Positions 1 through 9,778 of a stretch of 32,000 nt of DNA are shown in pieces (the stretch's first letter is position 1; each line of letters starts with the position of its first letter). The position numbers were made by a program, and so were the translations under genes. The stretch lies in contig JAJRVL010000005.1 of NCBI GenBank assembly GCA_024277355.1, forward strand, positions 1-32,000, written 5' to 3'. This stretch comes from an archaeon (lineage in GTDB: Archaea > Iainarchaeota > Iainarchaeia > Iainarchaeales > 1-14-0-10-31-34). The notes under the pieces are model-generated. The model was not told the DNA's origin and did not search any database. It worked only from the letters and a program-made list of their open reading frames with translations.

Positions 1-323
1 AGGACAATGTAGACATTGAGGAATTTTTAAACAATCTTGATGTAGAAGAAGAAACAATGGTTGAAGATGCAGATGCTTATGTTAAACCAGTTTCTTTATT
101 AAACGATGAAGATACAACTATGGCAATAGATGAATTAAGAAAAGGAAACATTCTTTTGTTGAATATTGGAGACATGTCAAAAAGAAATGCAATTAAATTA
201 AGGGAAATGGTTAAGAGCATTAAAGGCGTTGTAGACGAAATTAACGGGGACATTGCAAGAATTTCAACTGAAAGAATTTTAGTTACTCCGTCAAAAGTTA
301 AAATTATTAAAAGAAAAGAATAG
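1..323 (+). CDS. sepF: Cell division protein SepF-like, 5' end truncated by window edge
   Basis: Frame 3 is open from position 3 with no stop before the track Met at 57, so the gene probably starts upstream of the window. The sequence KPVSLLNDEDTTMAIDELRKGNILLLNIGDM...INGDIARISTERILVTPSKVKI fits the SepF/DUF552 C-terminal domain pattern. Stop is TAG at 321-323. Confidence 0.7.
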   Translation, partial: DNVDIEEFLNNLDVEEETMVEDADAYVKPVSLLNDEDTTMAIDELRKGNILLLNIGDMSKRNAIKLREMVKSIKGVVDEINGDIARISTERILVTPSKVKIIKRKE

Positions 324-332
324 TTCTTTTAT

Positions 333-1082
333 ATGAAATTAAAAGAAAAATCCTTTCCTTTATCTTTTTCTTTACAAGAAACAACAGATTTTATTAAAGA
401 TACAATTCAGCAAAAAAACTGGGAAAACTTTGAAGTAATTGAAGTAAAATTAGTTTTTGTGCCTTTTTATTTTTTTTCTTTTGAAGGATTTTTTGAAGAA
501 GAAGGAAAAGTTTCTGAAACAGTAAATGGAAAAACAGCCTTAAATGGAATGACATCTGAATTAGAGGAAGTTTCTGTTCCAGAAGAAAGTGAATTAACTG
601 ATGAAATAAAAGAAATTCCATCTAATATTCCTTTTACTGAATTAAAATTTGAGTTAACTGAAAAAGTAGAACAGATTATTCAAATTAAAGTTGCAGCAAA
701 CTTAAAGACAGCAAAAGATAATGTAATAATTCATTCAATGAAAAAAGTTTTGTTTCCAGTCTGGGTAATTGATTTTGCAGTTGGAGAACAAACCTTCCAG
801 TTTAAGGTTTCTGGAACAGACGGGCAGGTTATTTCAGAAGAAGAAATTCCTGAAAGAGAATTAGGTTTCTGGGAAATTACTTATGAAACATTAAATGAAC
901 TGCAGTCTCCTGATGCTTGGGTAAAATATACTACTTCAATTATTTCTGATACAACAAATTTTGTTGCAGAAAACACAACAAGGAACCTAATTGAAAATTT
1001 TATGAATAACACTCGTTTCCAGATTTTTGTTTTATTAATAATTTTAATTTTAGTTGTATTGTGGAATTACGGAGTAATTTAA
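333..1082 (+). CDS. Hypothetical tail-anchored membrane protein with an internal two-module duplication
   Basis: 249-aa ORF starting 9 nt after the sepF stop on the same strand. It has a single C-terminal hydrophobic helix (FQIFVLLIILILVVLWNYGVI). Two similar modules are visible: ...VKLVFVPFYFFSFEG...VNGKT and ...KKVLFPVWVIDFAVG...VSGTDGQV. I recognise no family. Confidence 0.55.
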   Translation: MKLKEKSFPLSFSLQETTDFIKDTIQQKNWENFEVIEVKLVFVPFYFFSFEGFFEEEGKVSETVNGKTALNGMTSELEEVSVPEESELTDEIKEIPSNIPFTELKFELTEKVEQIIQIKVAANLKTAKDNVIIHSMKKVLFPVWVIDFAVGEQTFQFKVSGTDGQVISEEEIPERELGFWEITYETLNELQSPDAWVKYTTSIISDTTNFVAENTTRNLIENFMNNTRFQIFVLLIILILVVLWNYGVI

Positions 1083-1083
1083 T

Positions 1084-4000
1084 TTACAAATATTCATACA
1101 AAGATTTCTGCTGAACTTTATCATTTTTGAATACAGAATTAATTTCTTTTTCTGCTAACTCAATTCTCTGCTTTAAGTAATCACTTAATTCATATTCATT
1201 AATCATATTTTTTGCTATATTAAGATATTTTTTAACTGAACCTTCAGATATTGTAAGAATTAATTTTCCTTTGCATTTTTTGCAGTTTCCTGTTAATGGA
1301 ACTCTTCGGTATTTTGAACCACAGGAAGTACAACGAAAATTCTGTTTAGAAAAAGCTCTTGTATTTCCAATTATGTCAGGAACAAAATGAGACACAATAA
1401 CTCTTTCTAATGCATCTTTTTCTTCTACTGCTTTAATTTTATGCTGTAATTTTGCTTGTCTTCTTATTTTGTCTTCCATGGTTTTTAATTGAACATACAT
1501 TGATTGTTTTGGTCCTTCATCAAATTGTTCTGTGTCATGAGTAAACATTAAACCTGAATATTGTCCTGTTTTTCCTAATTTATTTTTTGTTATAGGAACA
1601 ATATCTAAATTTGATTCAGAATAATCTAATGTTTTATAATAAAATTCCAAAGGATACTTTGAAACTGTTTCCATTTCATACACTTCGTTGTCTATTTCAG
1701 AAGGGTTTAATATTGTAGTAAAAACTAATGGAGCATCCATTCTTCCGCCTCTTGAACTAGGCAGATAATGTTCAGAAAAATTAAGTAATGCATCCATTAA
1801 CAATACAATTGAATCCTGATCTCCGTCGCAGTTTCTTCTCTTACATGCAACAAAATAAGGATGGCTCCACCCAACTCTTGCTTTGCTGTAACCTAAAATT
1901 CTCCCTACAATTGCAGCTGAAGTGTGAGGAGCTAAACCAATAACTATTTCTCCAATTAATTCTTCTTTTGTTTTAACATTATAAAATGCTTTTAATCCAT
2001 AAAATTTTTCCAGTAATTCATCAATAAACGCAGTAACTTTCAACAGCCAGGTCCCTGCATTTTCATTTACTATTATGTCTTGCGGGAAAATTTCTATTGT
2101 TTGTTTTTCTGAAGTAATTTCTTTCCCATAAATGTCTTTTGCATAACCTAATTCTTTTACTTTTTCAATGCTTAAATTAAGTTCTTTTGGAGTAAAATGA
2201 GTTATTGGTGCATTAAGCAATTCAAATCTTGATGTTGCATCTCTGAAAATATGGACATTATGTTTTGCTCTTAAAATTGCTTTTTCTATTGGTTCCGGCT
2301 CTTTCAAGTCTGAAATTAATCCTTTTACTCCTTTAACTAATTCAGGCATTCTGACATTTAATTTTTTTAATCCTGAATTCACTGTTTCTTCTAAATTAAT
2401 TTCTCTTTCTTCTGATTTAATCATTTTTCCTTTGCATTGCTTGCATTGAATTTCATTTTCTTTTCCTATCCAGGAACATTTAATGCATTTGCTTACTCTT
2501 AAAGTATGCATATTGCATTTATTGCAGCTGGAAAAAGGAATTATTCTGGTGCATTTAGGACAACGAAATAAAGCTAAGTCAGTCTTTAATTTTTTGTTTG
2601 CAGCATTTAATGCAGTTATTGCTTTATTTATGCTTCTGGTATTGCTTCCGTAATTTCCTATTGGAAATAATCCATGCGGGTTTCCTTTCATTTCTCTTTC
2701 TTTAGCTTGTTCTGGTCTTCCCATTCTTGCTCCAACAAATGAAGCGCCTTTATCTTTTATTTTTATTCCTGAAAATTCTGTTAATAAATCCAAAACATTT
2801 TTTTCTTTTAGTTCTTCTTCAATTAATTCTTTTGGACTCAATGCACCTAAAGTTTTAAGCAAAGGATAAGCAGAATTTTCTATTATTATTTTGTTGTTTT
2901 TAATTAAATGAGGCAAACCAATTTTTTCCATTAATTCTTTTGTTTCATTTGTTAACTCAAATTTCGCGCCAATAATTTTATCTTTTTCAAATACTTTTTC
3001 TGCTTTTCTTGCCTGTTTCATTAATTTAATTATTTCTTCTGTGTTTAATGCAGTGTAATAATGCAAATATTTTGGATGCAATGGAACATCTAACTGCATA
3101 CTTAATTCAACAGCCATAAAGCAGTCAATTTTATTTATGTCTGAAATTTCATTTTCTTTTATTCCTTCAATTTTTTTTTCTTTTAAAGCTTTATTTAATT
3201 CTAATTCAAACCATTCTTCAACAAAAGAACTTGGAATTAATGGGTGAGAAGTTTTTCTAAAATCACCCACAGTTACTAAAATATCTCCTAAAAACAAAAT
3301 TTTTTCTATTTGAGGTTTTATTTTTTTTGCTTGTTCAACTGAATTAGGTTTAATTACATCTCCATTTTTTAGTTTAACTATTGGTCCTTCAATTGTCTCA
3401 CAAGGAAACAATTGTGCGGCTTTTCCTGGCCGTTCAATCCTTATATGTGTGCCTACTGCAATAAATTCATCTAATACAACCATTGTTGCAGGATTAATCC
3501 CTTTAGCCATTATTCCAGTGTTTCTTCCTCTTCCATATCTTAACCTAAATCCGCCGTATTTCATTGGATAAGCAAGCAAAGGCCTTCCTGCAGCTAATCT
3601 GTCTAAATACTTATAGTTTGGTTTTATTTCTGTTTTTGTTTCAGAACTTTTTTTTACTTTAATTATTTTTTCCAGCCAACTCCAGTCTAATTCCAGTTTT
3701 TTTGCCCAGTCCATTATTTTCATTGCTTTTAATGCAACTCCTTCAGTTATAACTAAACCCATTCCTCCTCTGATTCTGTTGGAAGGAATTCTTTCTATGT
3801 CTCTGTGAACTGAAACTTCTTTTTCTTCTGTCGGCACTCCATTAATACAAACTGGACATCCCCTTACAATAGTTCTTATTTCATCTTCTGTTATAGTGTA
3901 TTGTCTTGAAAAAATTTCTGTTTGATAAATCATTATTTCTTCAACATATCTTTCAACTTCTTCTTTTGTTGGATTATATCTGTCTAATTCAAGCAATTTT

Positions 4001-4506
4001 CTTGCATAATCTCCTAAAATTAAAGGCAATACAGTAGAAGAACCTCCTGCTGCTCTAATCGGTCCTGCAAAATAAATGTCAATATATTTTGTTCCATCAG
4101 GATTTTTGTTTATTTCAACTTTAGGAACTCCATCTAATGGTGCGACAACAACTCCTTCGGTTTCAATTACTAAACAGGTTTTTATTGCCTGTTCAACTCT
4201 TTTTGCTTCATCTGGAATTTCGCACCATTTTTGTTCAATTATTTCTTTGCATATTTTAAATATTATTTTTAGTCTGTCTCCTTTTAGTTCTTCAACTAAT
4301 TCTCTGTATCTTTTAGCTACTCCTTTTGGGCCTATAATGCTTTCTGCTCTTTCAGCTAAATCTAACACTGGAACACATTCAACTTTATCACTTAAATCTA
4401 ATCCTTTTTCTCTTGCTTTTCTTGCAAGTTCATATCTTTCTTTTACTTTTTCAGTAAGCAATTCAAAGTAATTTTGTATTTCAGGGATTGCTTTTAGTTC
4501 TTTCAT
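1084..4506 (-). CDS. polC: DNA polymerase II (PolD) large subunit DP2
   Basis: 1140 aa. Hallmark DP2 block GLAPHTSAAIVGRILGYSKARVGWSHPYFVACKRRNCDGDQDSIVLLMDALLNFSEHYLPSSRGGRMDAPLVFTT. Several CxxC zinc-finger pairs (CPKC...CNKC, CIKC...CKQC, CTSC...CKKC). No intein-like insertion seen. Confidence 0.97.
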   Translation of the reverse strand: MKELKAIPEIQNYFELLTEKVKERYELARKAREKGLDLSDKVECVPVLDLAERAESIIGPKGVAKRYRELVEELKGDRLKIIFKICKEIIEQKWCEIPDEAKRVEQAIKTCLVIETEGVVVAPLDGVPKVEINKNPDGTKYIDIYFAGPIRAAGGSSTVLPLILGDYARKLLELDRYNPTKEEVERYVEEIMIYQTEIFSRQYTITEDEIRTIVRGCPVCINGVPTEEKEVSVHRDIERIPSNRIRGGMGLVITEGVALKAMKIMDWAKKLELDWSWLEKIIKVKKSSETKTEIKPNYKYLDRLAAGRPLLAYPMKYGGFRLRYGRGRNTGIMAKGINPATMVVLDEFIAVGTHIRIERPGKAAQLFPCETIEGPIVKLKNGDVIKPNSVEQAKKIKPQIEKILFLGDILVTVGDFRKTSHPLIPSSFVEEWFELELNKALKEKKIEGIKENEISDINKIDCFMAVELSMQLDVPLHPKYLHYYTALNTEEIIKLMKQARKAEKVFEKDKIIGAKFELTNETKELMEKIGLPHLIKNNKIIIENSAYPLLKTLGALSPKELIEEELKEKNVLDLLTEFSGIKIKDKGASFVGARMGRPEQAKEREMKGNPHGLFPIGNYGSNTRSINKAITALNAANKKLKTDLALFRCPKCTRIIPFSSCNKCNMHTLRVSKCIKCSWIGKENEIQCKQCKGKMIKSEEREINLEETVNSGLKKLNVRMPELVKGVKGLISDLKEPEPIEKAILRAKHNVHIFRDATSRFELLNAPITHFTPKELNLSIEKVKELGYAKDIYGKEITSEKQTIEIFPQDIIVNENAGTWLLKVTAFIDELLEKFYGLKAFYNVKTKEELIGEIVIGLAPHTSAAIVGRILGYSKARVGWSHPYFVACKRRNCDGDQDSIVLLMDALLNFSEHYLPSSRGGRMDAPLVFTTILNPSEIDNEVYEMETVSKYPLEFYYKTLDYSESNLDIVPITKNKLGKTGQYSGLMFTHDTEQFDEGPKQSMYVQLKTMEDKIRRQAKLQHKIKAVEEKDALERVIVSHFVPDIIGNTRAFSKQNFRCTSCGSKYRRVPLTGNCKKCKGKLILTISEGSVKKYLNIAKNMINEYELSDYLKQRIELAEKEINSVFKNDKVQQKSLYEYL

Positions 4507-4508
4507 TT

Positions 4509-6026
4509 TTATTCACTTTCTTTTTCAGTTATTTTTTCTTCTTTATAGAAATCTTTTTCAAATATTTTTCCTGTTTTTAATTCAACCATTATTGCAATTC
4601 CAGGAGTAGGAATATGTCCTTGCTGAACTTGGAAATCAGTTCTTGCCTGAAAAGTTCCGCAACTAATTATTCTTGTTCCTCTATACATTGCAAAAGAATT
4701 ATTATGCAAGTCTCCGCCTAAATAAATATCAGGAATTTCTTTGATTACCATATAATTATTTTTTTCAGGAATATAAGGTCTTTTTAACCCATAAACAGGC
4801 ATTAAATCTCTTTTTTTAATTAATTCTTCTATTGCTTTAGCTTGATTACTATAACTTAAAAAACTTACACTTGAATATAAGTCGTGCAATGCAGGACCAT
4901 GATAAAACAATACTTTTAATCCTTCTATTTCAGCCCATCCAGGAGAACTTAAAAAATGAAAGTTTTTTTTGTCATATAATTCTTTTACAAATTCTTTTGG
5001 AATAGCAGGCTGAGGGTCAGCATATCTTACTGCATCATGCTGTCCTGGAATAATAAATACTTCAATATAATCAGGTATTTGTTTTACTAATTCAACAAAT
5101 TTTTCATACTGCTTTCTTATGTCTTTAATGCTTAATTCTTTGAATTGAGATGGATAAACTCCAATTCCATCAACATTATCTCCTAAAATACATAAATATT
5201 TAATTTTGTTTATTATTTCTTTTTCTTTTTCATTTTCAGTGTTTCCTTTAAGCCATGAAACAAATTTTTGAAATGAATCCTCTAAAAACAATTTGCTTCC
5301 AACATGCAAATCTGAAATACATGCTATAAACACATCTCTTTCGCTTCCTTTAAATCCTCTTACAGGCAGTTCAGGAAAAATTACTTCTTTGATTATTACC
5401 ATTGATTCATTTCCTTTTACTGCTTTTAATCCAATTACATTATCTAAAAGAATTCTTTCGCTTTCTTTCATTAATTTTATGTCATCTTTAAGGATTATTC
5501 CAATGCAGTCTCCTTCTAAGTCTTCTAATTTAAATGCAATATGCCCGTTTTTGGTTTTCCATTTTTCAGCCACCATTACAATTAATTCAACTTCGTTGTT
5601 TTTTGAAACAGTTTTTAGTTTGCTTAAAGGTTTATTCTGCATTCCTCTTTCTTTAAGCATTTTTTCTATTGAAAAAAATTTATCTCTGAAGAATTCAACA
5701 AAATCTTTTATTTTTCCTTCAGAACAAGACTGATTAGTTACATTTAATTCTTCTAAAATTCTGTAATTGCTTTCTATTTCTTCTGCTTTAGGAGAAAAAT
5801 TTTTTACTTTAATTTCTTCTTTTTTTTCCTGTGGAAGTTTAGTTGACTCTAAAACAATTTTTTCTTCAATTATTTTTTTTGTTATTACAAAAACGTCTTT
5901 TTTCAGTATTTCTTCAATAATTGTTTTGTAGTTAATTTCTTGTTCTATAATTAAGTTAACCGCAGAATATTCTATTACTGCGTTTTTTTCTGATACAAAA
6001 TCAATTATTTCTTTTTTTTCAGGCAT
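4509..6026 (-). CDS. polB: DNA polymerase II (PolD) small subunit DP1 (3'-5' exonuclease, calcineurin-like phosphoesterase fold)
   Basis: 505 aa with phosphoesterase motifs ISDLHVGS, ILGDNVDG, IPGQHD and GGDLHN. Its stop lies 2 nt upstream of the DP2 start. Confidence 0.95.
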   Translation of the reverse strand: MPEKKEIIDFVSEKNAVIEYSAVNLIIEQEINYKTIIEEILKKDVFVITKKIIEEKIVLESTKLPQEKKEEIKVKNFSPKAEEIESNYRILEELNVTNQSCSEGKIKDFVEFFRDKFFSIEKMLKERGMQNKPLSKLKTVSKNNEVELIVMVAEKWKTKNGHIAFKLEDLEGDCIGIILKDDIKLMKESERILLDNVIGLKAVKGNESMVIIKEVIFPELPVRGFKGSERDVFIACISDLHVGSKLFLEDSFQKFVSWLKGNTENEKEKEIINKIKYLCILGDNVDGIGVYPSQFKELSIKDIRKQYEKFVELVKQIPDYIEVFIIPGQHDAVRYADPQPAIPKEFVKELYDKKNFHFLSSPGWAEIEGLKVLFYHGPALHDLYSSVSFLSYSNQAKAIEELIKKRDLMPVYGLKRPYIPEKNNYMVIKEIPDIYLGGDLHNNSFAMYRGTRIISCGTFQARTDFQVQQGHIPTPGIAIMVELKTGKIFEKDFYKEEKITEKESE

Positions 6027-6030
6027 CTAA

Positions 6031-6297
6031 TTACTTTGTTTTTTCTTTTAAGTTTTCTAATTCACTTATTATTGTCCAGATTTCTGTTCTTGCGTGCTGA
6101 GGCATATTAATATCTTTGCTTATGTCGTCCAGCATATAAATTGCAGAACTGACATTTACGCCTAATTCTTCTGTTTTTTCTATTTTAATTTTTGCTTCTT
6201 CTACGACTTTTCTGATGTTTCTTGGAACAGAAGTGTCATGAGCTAATGCATCCATTAATTCAGATAGATAACTTGTGTCTGTTTCTTTTTTTTTCAT
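6031..6297 (-). CDS. UPF0147 family small helical protein
   Basis: The pattern ALAHDTSVPRNIRKVVEEA...AIYMLDDISKDINMPQHARTEIWTIISELE matches the archaeal UPF0147 family as I recall it. The track starts at GTG 6306. I prefer ATG 6297, which has GGAG (6309-6306) 8 nt upstream. The stop is 4 nt from the DP1 start. Confidence 0.7.
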   Translation of the reverse strand: MKKKETDTSYLSELMDALAHDTSVPRNIRKVVEEAKIKIEKTEELGVNVSSAIYMLDDISKDINMPQHARTEIWTIISELENLKEKTK

Positions 6298-6419
6298 GTA
6301 AAACACTCCTAAAAATAGTTTAGCTTATGAATTACATTTGAAGGGAAATTAATTTAAAGTCAATTTCCTGTAAAACCAAAAACCAAACAATTAAAAATTA
6401 AATAATCCTTTCTTATAAA

Positions 6420-7580
6420 ATGAAGAAATTAGTTTTATTTTTGTTTTTTTTGATTGTGTCTGTTTCAACAGTTTTTGCTTATCCTGAATGTTTAGATATA
6501 TCGGCTTTACAGATTAATGCTCCTGCTGATGATTATACTTTAGCTCAGGGAAGTGAATTTGAATTTTCAATAACTATAACTTCTACTGATCCTTTTGGGC
6601 CAGGATACTGCACTACTAATGCAACTTTTGAGCATGACCAAAGAATTGGTTCTTTTATCAGAATAAAAGATCCTTTATTTGATCCGGGAAACAATGATTT
6701 AAACACTGTTTATTCAAGTTTAATTGCTGTTGATGTTAATTCTGTTGCTTATGGTTATGCAACAATTTTTGTTCAATGCAATACAGCAGGAGATTATCAA
6801 TTAAGATTTTCAGTTACAGGCGGAGGAGGAGTACAAAGCACTCCAGTTACAATCCATTGCCTGTCATCTAACACGCCTCCAAACGGAAATTTCATTAAAC
6901 CGTCTTCTCCTTCTTTTGTTTACGGGTATTCTTACAGAGTTGAATGGGATGCATTTGATGCTGAAGGAGATTCTTTAAGTTATGATATTGAATGGAATGG
7001 CCCTACAAGTGGAACAGATACTACAACAAATAAATATTATGATTTAACAGGCTTATCTTTAGGAGATTATACTTTTGATGTAAATATAAGTGACGGAGTT
7101 AATCCTGAAGTTAAAATTTCAAGCAGTACTTTAACAGTAAAAAAACCATTAAACACTCTTTCAGTTTCAGGTTTAAGCATTACTCCTGAAGTAATTTATG
7201 GAGATGAAGCATTAGATGTAAATTTAACTTTAAGAAACAACTCATCAAATGAAGTTGACATTAATGTTTTGTTTTACAATGATGATTTCCTTCCAAATCC
7301 TGCTCCAAGCAGAGTAATAAATATTGCGCCTTATTCTAAAGCAGATTTTTCAGTTCATCAGGATTTTTCTTCTAATAATATTGGTGCAGGAGACTATAAT
7401 GTAAGAATTTATGCAGAAGAATTTTTTTCAGGAACTTCAAATCCAACAGGAAATGTTCTGACTTCTTTTGCAAATTTCACGGTTTTAGCAGACAAAAAAT
7501 CTGTTGCTTTGCCTGAAACAAACTTTTTCTTTGTTTTATTGATTGCTTTGACTGTAATAGGAATAATAAACAGAAAATAA
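6420..7580 (+). CDS. Secreted or surface-anchored protein with PKD/CARDB-like Ig-fold repeats and a C-terminal sorting signal
   Basis: N-terminal signal peptide (MKKLVLFLFFLIVSVSTVFA). PKD-like segment (WDAFDAEGDSLSYDIEWNG...GDYTFDVNISDG). CARDB-like segment (LSVSGLSITPEVIYGDEALDVNLTLRNNSSNEVDINV). The C-terminus is LPETN followed by FFFVLLIALTVIGII and then NRK. Confidence 0.7.
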   Translation: MKKLVLFLFFLIVSVSTVFAYPECLDISALQINAPADDYTLAQGSEFEFSITITSTDPFGPGYCTTNATFEHDQRIGSFIRIKDPLFDPGNNDLNTVYSSLIAVDVNSVAYGYATIFVQCNTAGDYQLRFSVTGGGGVQSTPVTIHCLSSNTPPNGNFIKPSSPSFVYGYSYRVEWDAFDAEGDSLSYDIEWNGPTSGTDTTTNKYYDLTGLSLGDYTFDVNISDGVNPEVKISSSTLTVKKPLNTLSVSGLSITPEVIYGDEALDVNLTLRNNSSNEVDINVLFYNDDFLPNPAPSRVINIAPYSKADFSVHQDFSSNNIGAGDYNVRIYAEEFFSGTSNPTGNVLTSFANFTVLADKKSVALPETNFFFVLLIALTVIGIINRK

Positions 7581-7631
7581 CTTGCCATTAATTTAATTAC
7601 TTTTATTTCAAGTGTTTTTTTAAGTAAAAAA

Positions 7632-8609
7632 CTAAGTCATTTTTTCAATTACTTTTTCTTTTAAGTTTTTGTCTTCTTTTTCTGTAATAATTAATTCAAA
7701 TTCAGAAAATATTTTTTCTCCGTTTTCTGCCTGTTCTTCTGATGCAAGATCTTTTTTATTTAATGCAACAACAATTTTTTTTCCTAATCTTTTTATTTCT
7801 TCAAGTAAATTTTTCTGTTCTTCCAAAGAATAACTTGCTTCGCTTAAATCAACTACAAATAAAATTATTCCTTCTAAATTTTTTAATGCATTAATTGCTT
7901 TTTTTTCAATTAAATTTCTTTCTTCTTCTTTTCTGTCTAATAATCCAGGCGTGTCAATTACCTGCATTTCTTTGTATTTGTCAGTAAAATAACCTAATTC
8001 GATTTTTTTTGTTGTAAAAGGATATGCTGCAATTTCAGGTTTGCTTCCTGTAATTCTTTCCAAAAGAGTTGTTTTGCCTGAATTAGGAAAACCAGCGACA
8101 ATAATTGAAGGAATTATTTTTATTTCAGGAATTTCCCTTAATTTTCTTCCTGTTTCATTTAATTTTTCAACACTTCTTACAACATCTTTTTTCAAAGACA
8201 TCATTCTTCCATAAAAGACTTTTCTTGTTTTTTCAGGGTTGTCGCTTTTTCTCATTGAAGATAAATTCTTTTTTTTCAGGTTTTTCATTACAGTGTTAAG
8301 TTTGTATAAATAACCCAATTCTTTTTTGAATTCTTTTATTTCAATTAAAGCACTTAAAGCTTCTTTTTGGAATTGGTTTAATTGAGATATAACCGGAAAA
8401 GAAGTTATGTAGACTTCTAATTTGTTTGTAATATATTCTCCCATTAAATTTATTTTTGCTTTTTCTTTTGAATAAATTAATCTTTTTTTGTTTCTTATTC
8501 CTGAAATTTTATTTGATTCTTTTCTTGCATAACCCATTGCATTTTCAAATAAATTCTCCGCGTCAAGGAATTTTGGTTTAGGCATCTTCATTTTCTTCAT
8601 TTTTTTCAC
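7632..8609 (-). CDS. NOG1-family GTP-binding protein (ribosome biogenesis GTPase)
   Basis: G1 GFPNSGKTT, G3 DTPGLLDR and G4 NKKD, preceded by an N-terminal helical NOG1-type domain. 325 aa. Confidence 0.85.
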   Translation of the reverse strand: MKKMKKMKMPKPKFLDAENLFENAMGYARKESNKISGIRNKKRLIYSKEKAKINLMGEYITNKLEVYITSFPVISQLNQFQKEALSALIEIKEFKKELGYLYKLNTVMKNLKKKNLSSMRKSDNPEKTRKVFYGRMMSLKKDVVRSVEKLNETGRKLREIPEIKIIPSIIVAGFPNSGKTTLLERITGSKPEIAAYPFTTKKIELGYFTDKYKEMQVIDTPGLLDRKEEERNLIEKKAINALKNLEGIILFVVDLSEASYSLEEQKNLLEEIKRLGKKIVVALNKKDLASEEQAENGEKIFSEFELIITEKEDKNLKEKVIEKMT

Positions 8610-8725
8610 TTTTTTTTCTGTCTTTTATTAATTTGCATTAAGTGCATTTTTTAACCAAACCCTTTTGCTTATGAATTTGTTTTTATTCTTTTCTTTTACT
8701 AATTTTATTTCTTATTGGTGTTTTA

Positions 8726-9778
8726 ATGAAATTATTCTCTGGTAATTATAAATTGTATTTAATTGTGCCTTTTATACTTACATTACTTTTTGCGTTTATT
8801 GTTGGAGTTTCTCCTGGAGTAAAACAGGGAATTGACTTAAAAGGCGGAACACAAATTATTATTCGTTCTAATGTTGCTGTTGATTCAGCTGAATTAAAAT
8901 TATTGCTTGAAGAAGAATTTGAATTCATTGATTTAACTGTTAATTCAATTTCCTCTCCTACAAGCAAAGGAGTTAATATTCAATTTGCAGGAGAAAATAC
9001 TTTAATTAAAGCAAAAAAAGAATTAGATTTAGCTAAAGACTTATTTGATTCTAATCCTTCTCAATCTGAAATTCATGCATTAAATTCAATTTCATTGTCT
9101 TCTAAATTTTCTGAAATAAAAGATGAAGAATTAAAAGGAAAGGATTTAATTGAAAAAGCAGATGTAGTTTATTCCAAAGCAAAAGATGATTTTATTGAAA
9201 AAATTAAATCTATTACTGCAATTAATTTTTCTTTGAATTCAGATTTCTTTTTTTCTACTAAAGAAGTTCCTCCTGTTTTAGGAAAAACTTTTTGGGATAA
9301 TGCATTGTTTGTCAGTATTATTGCTTTTATTGGAATAATTATTGTTATCTTTTTCTTTTTCCGTGAATTTGTTCCTTCAATTGCAGTTATTTTTGCAGGA
9401 TTTTTTGATGTATTGACTGCTTTAGCTTTAATGTCTTTAACAGGAATTGCTTTAGGATTAAATTCTATTCCTGCTTTGCTTTTATTAGTTGGTTATAGTG
9501 TTGACACAGACATTCTTCTTACAACCCGTTTACTTAAAAGAAAAGATAAAACTCCAAGAGAAAGAGCAATTGATTCAATGAAAACAGGATTAACTATGAC
9601 TTTTACTACTATTGCTGCTGTTTGTGTAATGTTAATTATGTCTTATTTTTATCAGATTGAAGTAATGTTTAATATTGCTGCAGTAATTTTATTTGGTTTA
9701 ATTGGAGACTTAATTGTTACATGGATGATGAATGCTCCAATATTATTATGGTATGTTGAAAGGAAGCGAAAAGCATGA
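8726..9778 (+). CDS. secF: Protein-export membrane protein SecF
   Basis: GIDLKGGTQIII near the N-terminus. C-terminal TM bundle with VGYSVDTDILLTTRLLKR...RERAIDSMKTGLTMTFTT. GGTG lies 5 nt upstream of the ATG. Confidence 0.85.
   Translation: MKLFSGNYKLYLIVPFILTLLFAFIVGVSPGVKQGIDLKGGTQIIIRSNVAVDSAELKLLLEEEFEFIDLTVNSISSPTSKGVNIQFAGENTLIKAKKELDLAKDLFDSNPSQSEIHALNSISLSSKFSEIKDEELKGKDLIEKADVVYSKAKDDFIEKIKSITAINFSLNSDFFFSTKEVPPVLGKTFWDNALFVSIIAFIGIIIVIFFFFREFVPSIAVIFAGFFDVLTALALMSLTGIALGLNSIPALLLLVGYSVDTDILLTTRLLKRKDKTPRERAIDSMKTGLTMTFTTIAAVCVMLIMSYFYQIEVMFNIAAVILFGLIGDLIVTWMMNAPILLWYVERKRKA

Noticed and set aside
1084-4506. Possible intein in the PolD large subunit
   Set aside because: The 1140-aa length and contiguous conserved blocks leave no room for an intein-sized insertion, and no splice-junction motifs were seen.
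6344-6368. 7-bp inverted repeat ggaaatt-N11-aatttcc in the UPF0147/surface-protein divergent region
   Set aside because: The arms are short and AT-rich with a flexible spacer, which is expected by chance in this composition. There is no second copy or supporting context.
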